Below, in pieces: positions 28,229 to 38,200 of a stretch of DNA of 64,000 nucleotides. Location: NCBI GenBank assembly GCA_963716175.1, contig OY970296.1, forward strand, positions 3,808,001-3,872,000. Direction: 5' to 3'. Origin of the DNA: an uncultured Armatimonadetes bacterium. GTDB taxonomy: Bacteria > Armatimonadota > Hebobacteria > Hebobacterales > Hebobacteraceae. The position numbers were made by a program, and so were the translations under genes. Within the stretch, counting starts at the first letter, position 1, and each line of letters starts with the position of its first letter. Below the pieces are notes generated by a model. The model saw only the letters and a program-made list of their open reading frames with translations. It was not told the DNA's origin and ran no database searches.

Positions 28229-30616
28229 ATGACTCGGCTTCATCGGCTCTTTGGCTTCTTGCTGCTCCTGGGTCTGACCGGAACTCCGCTCTATGCTCTC
28301 GAATCCGTCGGCGAGACCTGGCGCAGCCCCTTCGGCTACCCCTGGGCGGTGGCCGTGAACTCGGCCGACGGCTCCTGTTGGGCCACCACCGGATCCAGTG
28401 TCATGCACGTCAGCGAGGACGGGACTACTCTCAGCCAGTCCAACGGATTCTGGGCCCCAGACGAGCTCTCCGTGAACCCGAAGGACGGCTCCTGCTGGGT
28501 GGCCGACTGGGGCAACAGCCAGATCGTACACCTCAGCTCCGACGGCGAGGAGCAGTGGCGCGGAGGGGGCTTCCTGTGGCCTTACTCAGTGTCGGTCAAC
28601 CCCACCGATGGCTCCTGCTGGGTGGCCGACACCGGCAGCAGCCAGGTGGTGCACCTCAACGCCGACGGGCAAGAGCTGTGGCGAGGAGGGGTCTTCTCTT
28701 TCCCCTATCGCATCTCGGTCAACTCCAGCGACGGCTCCTGCTGGGTAACAGATAGTGACCTGGATGAGGTGATCCACCTCTCCGCCGACGGCAGCGAGCT
28801 TACCCGTGCCACCGGCTTCTACTATCCTTCGGGTGTCTCCGTCTACTCCAAGGACGGCTCCTGCTGGGTGGCGGATGGCGGCAACGGCCAGGTGGTGCAT
28901 CTCTCCGCCCAGGGCACGGAGCTGCTGCGGCTAAGCGGTTTTTCCTATCCCGCCTCCGTCTCGGCCAACTCCGCAGACGGCTCCTGCTGGGTGGCCGATA
29001 CTGGCGATCCCGCTTCAGATTCACCCCTACCCAGCCTGATCGTACACCTGGCCTCGGATGGCGGGGAGCTGTGGCGCGGGACCACCTTCTACTATCCGCA
29101 GGCGGTCGCCGTCAACCCGACCGACGGCTCCTGCTGGGTGGCCGATTCCGGCATGGCCCAGCTCGTCCACCTGAACGCCAGCGGAGGCCAGCTCTGGCGG
29201 GGAGGCTACCTCAACTACCCGGAGTCGGTCTCTGCCAACCAGGCCGATAACTCGTGCTGGGTCGCGGACACTGGTGGCAATCAGGTCCTCCACCTCGGCC
29301 CAACCGGCAGCGAGCTGTGGAAGGGCACCGCCTTCTTCTGGCCCACCTCCGTCTCCGTCAACCCGACAGACAGCTCTTGCTGGGTGGCCGACGACGGAAA
29401 TACCCAGGTCGTGCACCTCTCCGCCACGGGCAGCCAGCTCCTGCGCACAGGCCTCTTCTATAACCCTTGGTTCGCGGTCGTCAACCCCACCGACGGCTCC
29501 CTGTGGGTGATTGACTGGGGCGCCACCAGCTCTGAGGACGCGGTGGTCCACCTCACCCCGACCGGGGTGGAGCTCTGGCGAGGCCATGGGTTCCTTTCTC
29601 CCTCCTCGCTCTCTGTCAACCCCAGCGATGGCTCCTGCTGGGTGGCCGACACCGACCACAGCCAGGTGGTGCACCTGTCCGCCAGCCACCTCGAGCTGTG
29701 GCGTGGAGGGTCTTTCGCCGCGCCCGCCTCCGTCTCGGTTAACCCCACCGACGACTCCTGCTGGGTCACCGACGCCGACGGCGATCAGGTGATCCACCTC
29801 ACCGAAGGCGGAAGCGACATCTTGCGGGTGAGCGGCTTCGCCTGGCCCCTGTCCGTCTCCGTCAACCCCACCGACGGCTCCTGCTGGGTGGCGGACTCAG
29901 ACAACTTCCAGGTAGTGCACCTGTCCGCCGATGGCACCGAGCTGTGGCGGGGAGATGGCTTCTACGAGCCCTGGACGGTCTCGGTCAACCCGGCCGATGG
30001 CTCCTGCTGGGTGGCCGATACTTACAACGGACAGGTGGTCCACCTCTCGATCTGCTCTCCCTTCAGCGACATTGACTGCGATCAGTGGGCCCGAGATCAG
30101 ATTGTCGCCTGCGTCAACGCCCACATCGTCACCGGCTACCCGGATGGCACCTATCAGCCCAGCAATCCGGTCACCCGCGACCAGATGGCGGTCTACATCG
30201 CCCGCGCGGTGGCGGGTGGCGATGGCAATGTGCCCGAGTTCACCGGGGCGCCGACTTTCACCGATGTGGCGGCTGGCCACTGGGCGCTGAAGTACGTCGA
30301 GTACGCGGTGAGCCACGACGTGGTCCAGGGCTACGACCCTACCCACTATGTCCCGGATGCCGTGGTGGACCGGGGCCAGATGGCGGTGTTCGTCGCCCGC
30401 TCCCAGGGGTGGGTGAACCTGGGGGACGACATGACCACCGCCCCTCAGGTCTTCCCCGATGTCCCGGCCGGCTTCTGGGCCGGCACCGCCATCAAGGCCT
30501 GCGTGGACCATGCGGTGGTGCAGGGCTACCTGGACGGCCTCTACCATCCCAGCGACCCCGTCACCCGGGACCAGATGGCGGTGTATGTGGCGAGGGCGTT
30601 TGAGCTGGCGATGTGA
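28229..30616 (+). CDS. Secreted NHL-like beta-propeller repeat protein with 3 SLH domains
   Basis: Signal peptide; ~14 repeats of VSVNPTDGSCWVAD..QVVHL; three SLH-like repeats (TRDQMA/DRGQMA). Confidence 0.85.
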   Translation: MTRLHRLFGFLLLLGLTGTPLYALESVGETWRSPFGYPWAVAVNSADGSCWATTGSSVMHVSEDGTTLSQSNGFWAPDELSVNPKDGSCWVADWGNSQIVHLSSDGEEQWRGGGFLWPYSVSVNPTDGSCWVADTGSSQVVHLNADGQELWRGGVFSFPYRISVNSSDGSCWVTDSDLDEVIHLSADGSELTRATGFYYPSGVSVYSKDGSCWVADGGNGQVVHLSAQGTELLRLSGFSYPASVSANSADGSCWVADTGDPASDSPLPSLIVHLASDGGELWRGTTFYYPQAVAVNPTDGSCWVADSGMAQLVHLNASGGQLWRGGYLNYPESVSANQADNSCWVADTGGNQVLHLGPTGSELWKGTAFFWPTSVSVNPTDSSCWVADDGNTQVVHLSATGSQLLRTGLFYNPWFAVVNPTDGSLWVIDWGATSSEDAVVHLTPTGVELWRGHGFLSPSSLSVNPSDGSCWVADTDHSQVVHLSASHLELWRGGSFAAPASVSVNPTDDSCWVTDADGDQVIHLTEGGSDILRVSGFAWPLSVSVNPTDGSCWVADSDNFQVVHLSADGTELWRGDGFYEPWTVSVNPADGSCWVADTYNGQVVHLSICSPFSDIDCDQWARDQIVACVNAHIVTGYPDGTYQPSNPVTRDQMAVYIARAVAGGDGNVPEFTGAPTFTDVAAGHWALKYVEYAVSHDVVQGYDPTHYVPDAVVDRGQMAVFVARSQGWVNLGDDMTTAPQVFPDVPAGFWAGTAIKACVDHAVVQGYLDGLYHPSDPVTRDQMAVYVARAFELAM

Positions 30617-30720
30617 ATACTGGCTGCGACTCTTGTCGTTGCGCCCTGCTGCGTGGGATAATGCAGACGCTTCGATCAGGCCCGCAGGCGTTGTGCATCA
30701 GCTATGAAGGGGGAATCTGC

Positions 30721-32787
30721 ATGGCTGCTCGACCGGCGCACCCTCTGCTCTTCGCGTTGTCACTAATCTCGCTCACCCTCTGCGCGCTGGCGAGCGCGGC
30801 GCAATTCGAGGATCTCGGCCCGAAGCTAAACATACCCGGTTGCGTCGGCGCGGCGTGGGGGGACTACGATGGCGACGGATACCCGGACCTGTTCCTCCCC
30901 GCGAGCATGCCCAATTACCTCGCCCATCCCGATATGCTCCTCCACAACAACCGCAATCTCACCTTTACCAATGTAAGCTCACCGGCAGGCCTGCTGACGC
31001 AGCAGGTAGAGGACAACGGCGTGGCTTGGGCGGACTACAACAACGACGGGATGCTGGATGTTCTCGTTGGGTCCGGCACTGGCTACCCGAAACTCTACAG
31101 AAACGACGGCGGCCACTTCTCGGAGGTAGCGTCAACCTCTGGGCTCTATACGACGTCTCTGCACCCGGGGCGCAGCGTGTCGTGGTGTGACTACGACGGC
31201 GACAATCAACTCGATGTCTTCATCTGCAACATCCTGGACAACGTATCCATTCTGTACCACAACAATGGAGACGAGACGTTCACGGAAGTGACCCAGCAGG
31301 CCGGGATGAGTGGGCTTTCGATGCCATACTCGGCCTACTGCTCCGCCTGGGGCGACTATGACAACGATGGATGGCCAGACCTTATGGTCAGCCGGTTCCA
31401 GAAGCGGCCCATGCTCTTCCACAACAACGGAGACGGCACGTTCACGGAGGCGGAGATCTCTCTGCTTTCGAACATCGTAGACACTGCGGGCGTTGCCTGG
31501 GCTGACTACGACAACGACGGTTGGCTCGACTGCTATCTCGCAAGCGGAGAGGAAGGCCCCGATGCGTTGCTCCACAACAACAGAAACGGGACCTTCGCCG
31601 ATGTTGCGGCGGACGTGGGAATGGGGGCGGATATCTCCCATGGTTCTGCCGTCGCATGGGCAGACTACGATGACGATGGCTACCTTGATCTCTACGTTGG
31701 AAACCTGGAAGCGAACAACCAGCCTTTCCTGTACCACAACAAAGGCAATGGGACGTTCCTCGATGCGGCGCCATTGTCTGGACTGGACGGGAGTCGGCCG
31801 AATCTGGTGGCCGTCTGGGCGGATGTAGATCGAGACGGCCAGCTCGACCTCTTCCAAGGGGCGGCTGTCTCCTACCTGTTCCACAATGTCGGCCCCGCCG
31901 GCAACTGGCTGCGCGTGCAAGCGCTGACGAGCAAGAGCGGGTATGCGACTGGCAGCGACCCCGTGCGCGATGCTATCGGCGCGGTTGTCTCAATGAATCT
32001 CGACAATGACGACACGTTCCCCATGGGAGCGGCACGGACTCTGACACGCGTGATCGACGGCGGCTCCGGGTTCCAAGGGCAGAACGAGCAGATCGCTCAC
32101 TTCGGCCTCGGCGGCGCGAGCACGGTGGCGGTGCGCGTTCGGTTTCCCGACGGGAGCGCGGTCATCCATGAGGGAGTAGCGGCCAACCAGCAGATCACCA
32201 TCAAGGATGTGCCGGCGGGGCGGGAGGAGATCTTCCCGGACGTGCCGCTCGACTTCTGGGCCTACGCCCAGGCGAAGGCCTGCGTCGACGCGGGCATCGT
32301 CACCGGCTATGACGACGGTCTCTACCACCCCGAGCGACAGGTTACCCGCGACCAGATGGCGGTCTACATCGCCCGCGCTTTGGCCGGTGGAGACGGCAAC
32401 GTCCCCGCTGGCCCTGTCCAGGCCAGCTTCGGCGACGTCCCTACCAACCATTGGGCCTATAAGTACATCGAGTACGCGGTGAGCCACGACGTGGTCCAGG
32501 GCTATGATGCCACCCACTATGTCCCTGATGCCGTGGTGGACCGGGGCCAAATGGCGGTGTTCGTCGCCCGCTCCCAGGGATGGGTGAACCTGGGGGACGA
32601 CATGACCACCGCGCCTCAGGTCTTCCCGGATGTCCCCGCCGGGTTCTGGGCCGGCACCGCGGTCAAGGCCTGTGTGGACCACGCGGTGGTGCAGGGCTAC
32701 CTCGACGGCCTCTACCATCCCAGCGACCCCGTCACCCGCGACCAGATGGCGGTGTATGTGGCGAGGGCGTTCCAGCTGTCTCTGTGA
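30721..32787 (+). CDS. Secreted FG-GAP/VCBS repeat + ASPIC/UnbV protein with 3 SLH domains
   Basis: WGDYDNDGxxD repeats, RDAIGA, HFGLG, SLH tail. Confidence 0.85.
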   Translation: MAARPAHPLLFALSLISLTLCALASAAQFEDLGPKLNIPGCVGAAWGDYDGDGYPDLFLPASMPNYLAHPDMLLHNNRNLTFTNVSSPAGLLTQQVEDNGVAWADYNNDGMLDVLVGSGTGYPKLYRNDGGHFSEVASTSGLYTTSLHPGRSVSWCDYDGDNQLDVFICNILDNVSILYHNNGDETFTEVTQQAGMSGLSMPYSAYCSAWGDYDNDGWPDLMVSRFQKRPMLFHNNGDGTFTEAEISLLSNIVDTAGVAWADYDNDGWLDCYLASGEEGPDALLHNNRNGTFADVAADVGMGADISHGSAVAWADYDDDGYLDLYVGNLEANNQPFLYHNKGNGTFLDAAPLSGLDGSRPNLVAVWADVDRDGQLDLFQGAAVSYLFHNVGPAGNWLRVQALTSKSGYATGSDPVRDAIGAVVSMNLDNDDTFPMGAARTLTRVIDGGSGFQGQNEQIAHFGLGGASTVAVRVRFPDGSAVIHEGVAANQQITIKDVPAGREEIFPDVPLDFWAYAQAKACVDAGIVTGYDDGLYHPERQVTRDQMAVYIARALAGGDGNVPAGPVQASFGDVPTNHWAYKYIEYAVSHDVVQGYDATHYVPDAVVDRGQMAVFVARSQGWVNLGDDMTTAPQVFPDVPAGFWAGTAVKACVDHAVVQGYLDGLYHPSDPVTRDQMAVYVARAFQLSL

Positions 32788-32864
32788 GACAGAGCTATCC
32801 GCAGATCGTGTGGGCCCCCTGCGGCGGGCATGCCACCGGAAGCAGTGAATGAGGAGGCACGGGA

Positions 32865-35048
32865 ATGCTGTACGGAACGCGCGCAGCATTGCAGAGTGCT
32901 CGCTTGCTCTGGCTCGTCGCGGTCGCCATCCTCTGTTCAGCGGTGCTGCCAGCGCGGGCGCAGACGAGCTTCGTCTACTTCAGCACTGACCTGGGCACCG
33001 TTCCCTACGACCAGGCGCTGGCGGTGCTGGCCTTCCAGGGCCTAGTCAACCGCGACGCACCCCGGCTGTATGTGAATACGGAGACCCTCCATCCTGATTA
33101 CGCACAGAGTGGGCCCTACTACAGCGGAAACCAGACGGATCCGATCTGGCTGGACATCTATGGCCAGCGCGGGTATAGCTACGAGTCAGTGACCAGTGTG
33201 GCCGAGTTGCTCGGTCGGCAGGACTTCCGGTCCTTCGTGTCCGGCCTCGTCATCTACAATCCTGACAAGCTCCCTGCCTCGACATGGATCGCCATGACGA
33301 TAGCGGGCATCGAGAACCGCCTCCCCGTCACTCCCGCAGTCCTAACCGCCATCCCTCAGCTCAAATCATGGTGGCCGGATACACTTGACCTGCGTTCGTC
33401 TCTCACCGAGAAGCTCTCCGCCTACCAGTGGGCGATTGACCAGTACCTCCCTCAGACCAGCGAGTCGGTGGCCTATGTCATCGGTCACGACTTCGAGGGA
33501 GGGGACCCCGGCGATTTCATGGCAGTGGACTACGCCGTTGCCAGCCGAGCGTTCGTCTTCGACCTCTCTGTAGACAGGGACAGCTACGCATCCGACGCAG
33601 GGCTGGCAGACGTCATAATGCAGCACCTGCAGCCGCCGGCTGCAGTGTGGGGATTCTACTCCGAGTACATCTGGGTCGATTACACATCCAGCCATGGCGA
33701 CTACGCCGTCCTCGGCGCGATGGCCTCCAACATGAGCTTCCACCGCGGTATCGCGCCAGCTTCCACCTGGCCGCTGCAGCAGACCAGCCGCTCCGACCTC
33801 TTGGGGCTCGCCCTCGACCCCAACACGTACTACCTCGCCACGGTCTTCACCGATGGCGACATCCCGCAGCGCCTCACTCGTTTCTTTGAGGCCGGCAACT
33901 GGTTCGACCCGGCGCGAGGGCAAGTGCCCATGAACTGGAGCATAGATCCCGCGCTCGCCCAAGAGTTCCCTGCGCTGTTCGAGTACTTCTACTCGACTGC
34001 CACCCCGAACGACTACTTCATCGCCGGCCCCTCGGGTGCCGGCTATACCCATCCCAGCGTTATGCCGAACCAGGCGGAGTACGCGGCGCTCGTGGCGCAA
34101 TGCAACGCCCTGACCGATACCGACATCGCGGTCATGTTGGACTTCGATCTCAGCGCCGCCGTCTGGGATCCTTTCCTCGCCATATCCGGGACGCAGGCTG
34201 CCGTCCAGGGCATCGTGGACATACAGGACCTGTTCTTCCGCGGCGACCACGTCCCGTTCTTTCCCATGACCTTCGCCTGGTGTTGGTGGGATGCCCAGGC
34301 CTCGCCAGATCAGATCTCGGCCGACATCGTTGCCCGGATGACGCAGGGACCGCCCCCCAACTTCGCCATCCTCTATGACGGCCAAGCGCAGAAGCCGACC
34401 ATCGCCAAGCAAGTCATGGACATGCTTGCCCCGCAGGGATACCAGCTCCTCCGCCTGGACGAGATGAGCGCGCTGGCCCGCCAGATAGACCACTTCTTCG
34501 ATGTCGGCACCAAGTACTGGGCTCACGATCAGGTCGAAGCCTGTTTCAATGCGGGCATCGTGACCGGATACTCGCCGACCCACTACCGTCCGACCTTGCC
34601 CGTCACCCGCGACCAGATGGCGGTCTACATCGCCCGCGCTTTGGCCGGTGGAGACGGCAACGTCCCCGCTGGCCCTGTCCAGGCCAGCTTCGGCGACGTC
34701 CCTACCAACCATTGGGCCTATAAGTACATCGAGTACGCGGTGAGCCACGCCGTAGTGCAGGGCTATGACCCCACTCACTATGTCCCCGATGCCGTGGTGG
34801 ACCGGGGCCAGATGGCGGTGTTCGTCGCCCGCTCCCAGGGATGGGTGAACCTGGGGGACGACATGACCACCGCCCCTCAGGTCTTCCCCGATGTCCCCGC
34901 CGGCTTCTGGGCCGGCACCGCGGTCAAGGCCTGTGTGGACCACGCGGTGGTGCAGGGCTACCTGGACGGCCTCTACCATCCCAGCGACCCGGTGACTCGT
35001 GACCAGATGGCGGTGTATATCGCGCGGGCGTTTCAGTTGCCGCTCTGA
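32865..35048 (+). CDS. Secreted GxGYxYP-family putative glycoside hydrolase with 3 SLH domains
   Basis: QGLVNR, FTDGD, RGQVPMNW, GPSGAGYTHP, SLH tail. Confidence 0.8.
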   Translation: MLYGTRAALQSARLLWLVAVAILCSAVLPARAQTSFVYFSTDLGTVPYDQALAVLAFQGLVNRDAPRLYVNTETLHPDYAQSGPYYSGNQTDPIWLDIYGQRGYSYESVTSVAELLGRQDFRSFVSGLVIYNPDKLPASTWIAMTIAGIENRLPVTPAVLTAIPQLKSWWPDTLDLRSSLTEKLSAYQWAIDQYLPQTSESVAYVIGHDFEGGDPGDFMAVDYAVASRAFVFDLSVDRDSYASDAGLADVIMQHLQPPAAVWGFYSEYIWVDYTSSHGDYAVLGAMASNMSFHRGIAPASTWPLQQTSRSDLLGLALDPNTYYLATVFTDGDIPQRLTRFFEAGNWFDPARGQVPMNWSIDPALAQEFPALFEYFYSTATPNDYFIAGPSGAGYTHPSVMPNQAEYAALVAQCNALTDTDIAVMLDFDLSAAVWDPFLAISGTQAAVQGIVDIQDLFFRGDHVPFFPMTFAWCWWDAQASPDQISADIVARMTQGPPPNFAILYDGQAQKPTIAKQVMDMLAPQGYQLLRLDEMSALARQIDHFFDVGTKYWAHDQVEACFNAGIVTGYSPTHYRPTLPVTRDQMAVYIARALAGGDGNVPAGPVQASFGDVPTNHWAYKYIEYAVSHAVVQGYDPTHYVPDAVVDRGQMAVFVARSQGWVNLGDDMTTAPQVFPDVPAGFWAGTAVKACVDHAVVQGYLDGLYHPSDPVTRDQMAVYIARAFQLPL

Positions 35049-35105
35049 GGGGATGGTGTCAGTTCCGGTGTTTCGGGATTTGGAATCCCGAAACACCACA
35101 CACCC

Positions 35106-36170
35106 TCACTGCCAGCGCTGGCACCAGCGCCTGCTGTTCTCGATGAGCTCCCGCCCCTGCTGCTGGCTCTCGCACCACAGATTCAGCATCAGCCGCCGCG
35201 GATCGAACTCGCGGCAGGCCTGCTCCACCTCCTCTGGCGCGAGGTTGAAGGTGATCGAGACCCCCGCCTCCTGAATCTCCCGGAGCATACGGGCGTGCCG
35301 CAGGGCGCTGGTCCCCGGCGCCGGGACCCATTGGATGCAGTGCAGCCCCTTCAGCGCCAGCAGCGCAGGCACGTGCACCTCGGTGCCGATACCGTCCAGG
35401 TGATAGGCCCCGTGGTCCAGATGCTGGTAGATCGCCCCCAGCTCTTCCGCGAACAGACGCCGGAACAGCTCCGGCGAGATCAGGGCATTGAAATCGCACT
35501 GCGTCATGTAGGTCTTGCCCCGCGATACGATCGGCCACCAGGGCGTGGTTACGTCCTGCTGGCGCGCAATCACCGCGTAGTTGCGCTCATAGGCCTCGAC
35601 CCAGAGCTGGTGCACATGCTCGACCGCCGCCTTCACCACCTCCGGGCGCTCCACTACGTCAATCAGCAGTTGCCTCCCAACCGCGCTGGCGAGCACATCG
35701 GCCACCCCGCCGATGTCGGTGATGCTCACCACCAGGTCCTCGCCCAGCTCCCCCAGCAGCAGCTCCGTCACCGCCATGATCCGCGACCACCACTTCCCCT
35801 CCGGCTGAAACCGTAGCTTCGGGTACTCCTCGATGTCCGCGAGGAACCTGGGGAACCAGGTGGTGTACTCGTGCTGGAAGTCCGGCTCTCCCCCGATGCA
35901 CCCATGCAGTATCCCAGGCCCGAAGTTCGCGAAGAAATGAGGGTAGCCCTCGGCGAGATAGGCGCTGGTGGCCAGTTGGTAGCGCGCCGCCGCCAGTATG
36001 TTGTCCGGGAGCACGCGGTCCCTGGGATCGGTCACCTGTGGCGGCCTCACTGAAGCATCGGGGTGATCTCTCGGCACGGTGATGAACAGCACCGGCCAAT
36101 CGGTGTCTTCCCCCCGCCAGAAGCGGTCGAACCGTGCCATGATCTCGGGGAACTTGTGGCGGAACTTCAC
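35106..36170 (-). CDS. UroD/MtaA-fold family protein
   Basis: NFGPG, QCDFNALISP, YHLDG, IQWVP. Confidence 0.7.
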   Translation of the reverse strand: MKFRHKFPEIMARFDRFWRGEDTDWPVLFITVPRDHPDASVRPPQVTDPRDRVLPDNILAAARYQLATSAYLAEGYPHFFANFGPGILHGCIGGEPDFQHEYTTWFPRFLADIEEYPKLRFQPEGKWWSRIMAVTELLLGELGEDLVVSITDIGGVADVLASAVGRQLLIDVVERPEVVKAAVEHVHQLWVEAYERNYAVIARQQDVTTPWWPIVSRGKTYMTQCDFNALISPELFRRLFAEELGAIYQHLDHGAYHLDGIGTEVHVPALLALKGLHCIQWVPAPGTSALRHARMLREIQEAGVSITFNLAPEEVEQACREFDPRRLMLNLWCESQQQGRELIENSRRWCQRWQ

Positions 36171-36194
36171 TCCGGACTCCTTGCTGGTGCGGCG

Positions 36195-36473
36195 CTATCT
36201 TCCCTTATACACATCGCCTCTGGGACCGATCCTGGTGACCACAATCACCCGGTTCTGCGCGTCCACGCGGACCAAGGCACGGCGACCACCGATTCGGAGT
36301 CTCCACTCCGGGCGGCCACTAAGCTTCACCACTTGCCCACCATAGGGATCTCGCTGTAACCGCGCCAACGCCTGGAGGATCTGATCACGTTCCCGGTACG
36401 CGAGCCGCAGGAGGTAGGTTCTCGCTTGCCGCGACAGCTCGACCCGCCAAGCCGACTCAGTCGGCTCGGTCAC
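36195..36473 (-). CDS. RelE/ParE family toxin
   Basis: VKLSG, WRLRIG, IGPRGDVYK. Confidence 0.85.
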   Translation of the reverse strand: MTEPTESAWRVELSRQARTYLLRLAYRERDQILQALARLQRDPYGGQVVKLSGRPEWRLRIGGRRALVRVDAQNRVIVVTRIGPRGDVYKGR

Positions 36474-36753
36474 AAAGATGCTCCCTGATCACCTCGTCTA
36501 GCGGGGTCGTTCTTCCCGCCAGGTAGTCCGCCCACCCTGCCTCTGAGTCGGCGATCTCCCGCGCCGTGAGCGGCGGCTCCTCCCCGGCGCTGGCCCGCAG
36601 GAACGCATCGAGATCATGCTGCCTGATCCGATAGCCTCTGCCCAGCTTGGCGGCACGCACCCGGCGCTGCCGGATGTAGCGTCGCAGCGTGTTCACATTC
36701 ACGCGCAGGTAGTCCGCCGCCTCTTGCGCAGTCAGCAGCCGTTCCCGTATCAT
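36457..36753 (-). CDS. Putative antitoxin with excisionase-like (HTH_17) domain
   Basis: LLTAQEAADYLRV..TLRRYIR; C-terminal DYLAGRTTPLDEV; overlaps the toxin; TTGCAT-17-TACAAT promoter upstream. Confidence 0.75.
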   Translation of the reverse strand: MIRERLLTAQEAADYLRVNVNTLRRYIRQRRVRAAKLGRGYRIRQHDLDAFLRASAGEEPPLTAREIADSEAGWADYLAGRTTPLDEVIREHLCDRAD

Positions 36754-36897
36754 CCAAGTGCATCCTTTCGGCTGCTATTGTAACGTATTAGCGCGTCAAA
36801 TGCAATATTGGACCTATGCTCCTAGCCCAGACGGGCCGCAGCATCTGAGACGGCGAGCCCTGGCGCGCACCGGGCAGAACCTCGCCTCACGCCCGCC

Positions 36898-37458
36898 TCA
36901 CACCACCTCCACCGTCAGGTTGCGGTTGGTGTAGATGCAGATGTCGGCCGCGATGCTCAGCGCTTCTCGCACTATCTCCTCGGCGGAAAGGCCGGTGTGC
37001 GCCATCAGTGCTCGCGCGGCAGCCAGCGCGTAGGGGCCGCCAGACCCGATGGCGAGGATGCCATCACCCGTCTTCGCTGAAGGTTCGGCGGGCAGGTCCG
37101 GCTCGAGCAGCTCTCCTGTCCCCGACACCAGCAGCAGGTGCTCCTTGTCGGCGACCACCAGGAGCGCAGCCAACTGCCTCAGTGAGCGCTCGGTTCTCCA
37201 ATCTTTGACCAGCTGGTAGGCCGCCCGCGGCAGGTTGCCGGCCGCCTCCTCCAGTTTCGACTCGAAGCGCTCGAACAGCGCCAGCGCGTCACCGGCGGCG
37301 CCCGCGAAGCCGGCAATCACTCGATCCTGATAGAGCCGCCGCACCTTCCGCGCCCCCTGCTTCATCACCGTGTTCTCGATCGTGACCTGCCCGTCTCCGC
37401 CCACCGCGGTCTGGCCGCCGCGGCGGACGGCAAGGATGGTAGTCGAGTGAGTTGTCAT
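36898..37458 (-). CDS. hslV: ATP-dependent protease peptidase subunit HslV with 10-aa insertion
   Basis: TTILAV, GDGQVT, AIGSGG, ICIYTN. Confidence 0.95.
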   Translation of the reverse strand: MTTHSTTILAVRRGGQTAVGGDGQVTIENTVMKQGARKVRRLYQDRVIAGFAGAAGDALALFERFESKLEEAAGNLPRAAYQLVKDWRTERSLRQLAALLVVADKEHLLLVSGTGELLEPDLPAEPSAKTGDGILAIGSGGPYALAAARALMAHTGLSAEEIVREALSIAADICIYTNRNLTVEVV

Positions 37459-37490
37459 CTCGTATCTCCGGATTGTCAGGATGGCAGACT

Positions 37491-37604
37491 TGTAGGGCGG
37501 GCATATCGGGCGACATTTCAGATGGCGCCAGTATGCCCGCCGCCCAGGGAACACGGCAGGCATGCGTCGGACATTGGCATGCCCTGCGACATGCCCGCCC
37601 TACA
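37491..37604. repeat. GTAG-type REP/REPIN-like element
   Basis: TGTAGGGCGGGCAT...ATGCCCGCCCTACA; includes the hisB stop. Confidence 0.7.
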
Positions 37605-38178
37605 GAACGCCTTTGGTGGACGGCACGCCCCGGCCGCGTTTCTCCACCGCCTGGCCCAGCGCCCGCGCAAAGGCCTTGAACGCGGCCTCGATGATGTGGT
37701 GGGTATTGCGCCCGGCCAACTGCCGCAGGTGGATGTTCATCCCGGCCGAATTGGCGATCGCTCGGAAGAACTCCTCCACCAGCTCGGTATCGAACTGCTT
37801 CACCCGCTTCGCGGGCAACTCCAATCCATAGGCGAGATAGGCCCGGCCGCCCAGGTCGAGGGCGCACATCACCAGCGCCTCATCCATGGGCGCTACCGCC
37901 CAGCCGTAGCGCGCGATCCCCTCTTTCCGGCCCAGCGCCTGCTTGAGGGACTGGCCGAGCACGATCCCGACATCCTCCACCAGGTGGTGGTCGTCCACGT
38001 GAAGATCGCCGCAGGCATTGACGGCCAAGTCCAGGCCGGCATGTCGCGCCAGCAGGTCGAGCATGTGATCGAGGAAGCCCAGGCCGGTCTCGATCCTGCC
38101 CGCGCCTTTCCCCTCCAGGCCCACGTGCACCATGACACTCGTCTCTTTGGTCTTGCGCGCCACCTTCGCCTGTCTCAT
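37600..38178 (-). CDS. hisB: Imidazoleglycerol-phosphate dehydratase
   Basis: DDHHLVED, PMDEAL, NTHHIIEAAFKA, PSTKG. Confidence 0.95.
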   Translation of the reverse strand: MRQAKVARKTKETSVMVHVGLEGKGAGRIETGLGFLDHMLDLLARHAGLDLAVNACGDLHVDDHHLVEDVGIVLGQSLKQALGRKEGIARYGWAVAPMDEALVMCALDLGGRAYLAYGLELPAKRVKQFDTELVEEFFRAIANSAGMNIHLRQLAGRNTHHIIEAAFKAFARALGQAVEKRGRGVPSTKGVL

Positions 38179-38200
38179 AGGCCGTCTCCTGCGGCGCGAC

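Noticed and set aside
28300-30050. Regular ~123-bp DNA repeats as a CRISPR array
   Set aside because: They are in-frame protein repeats with no unique spacers and no cas genes
30170-35048. Near-identical 3' repeats as DGR template/variable regions
   Set aside because: Differences are mostly synonymous and not adenine-specific; no reverse transcriptase in the window
33366-35099. Long antisense ORFs (also 9914-11497, 55961-57616, 59598-61412)
   Set aside because: Shadows of real genes in high-GC DNA, with no recognisable motifs
36457-36753. Prophage or ICE excisionase
   Set aside because: No integrase, att site or phage genes nearby; it is coupled to a RelE toxin
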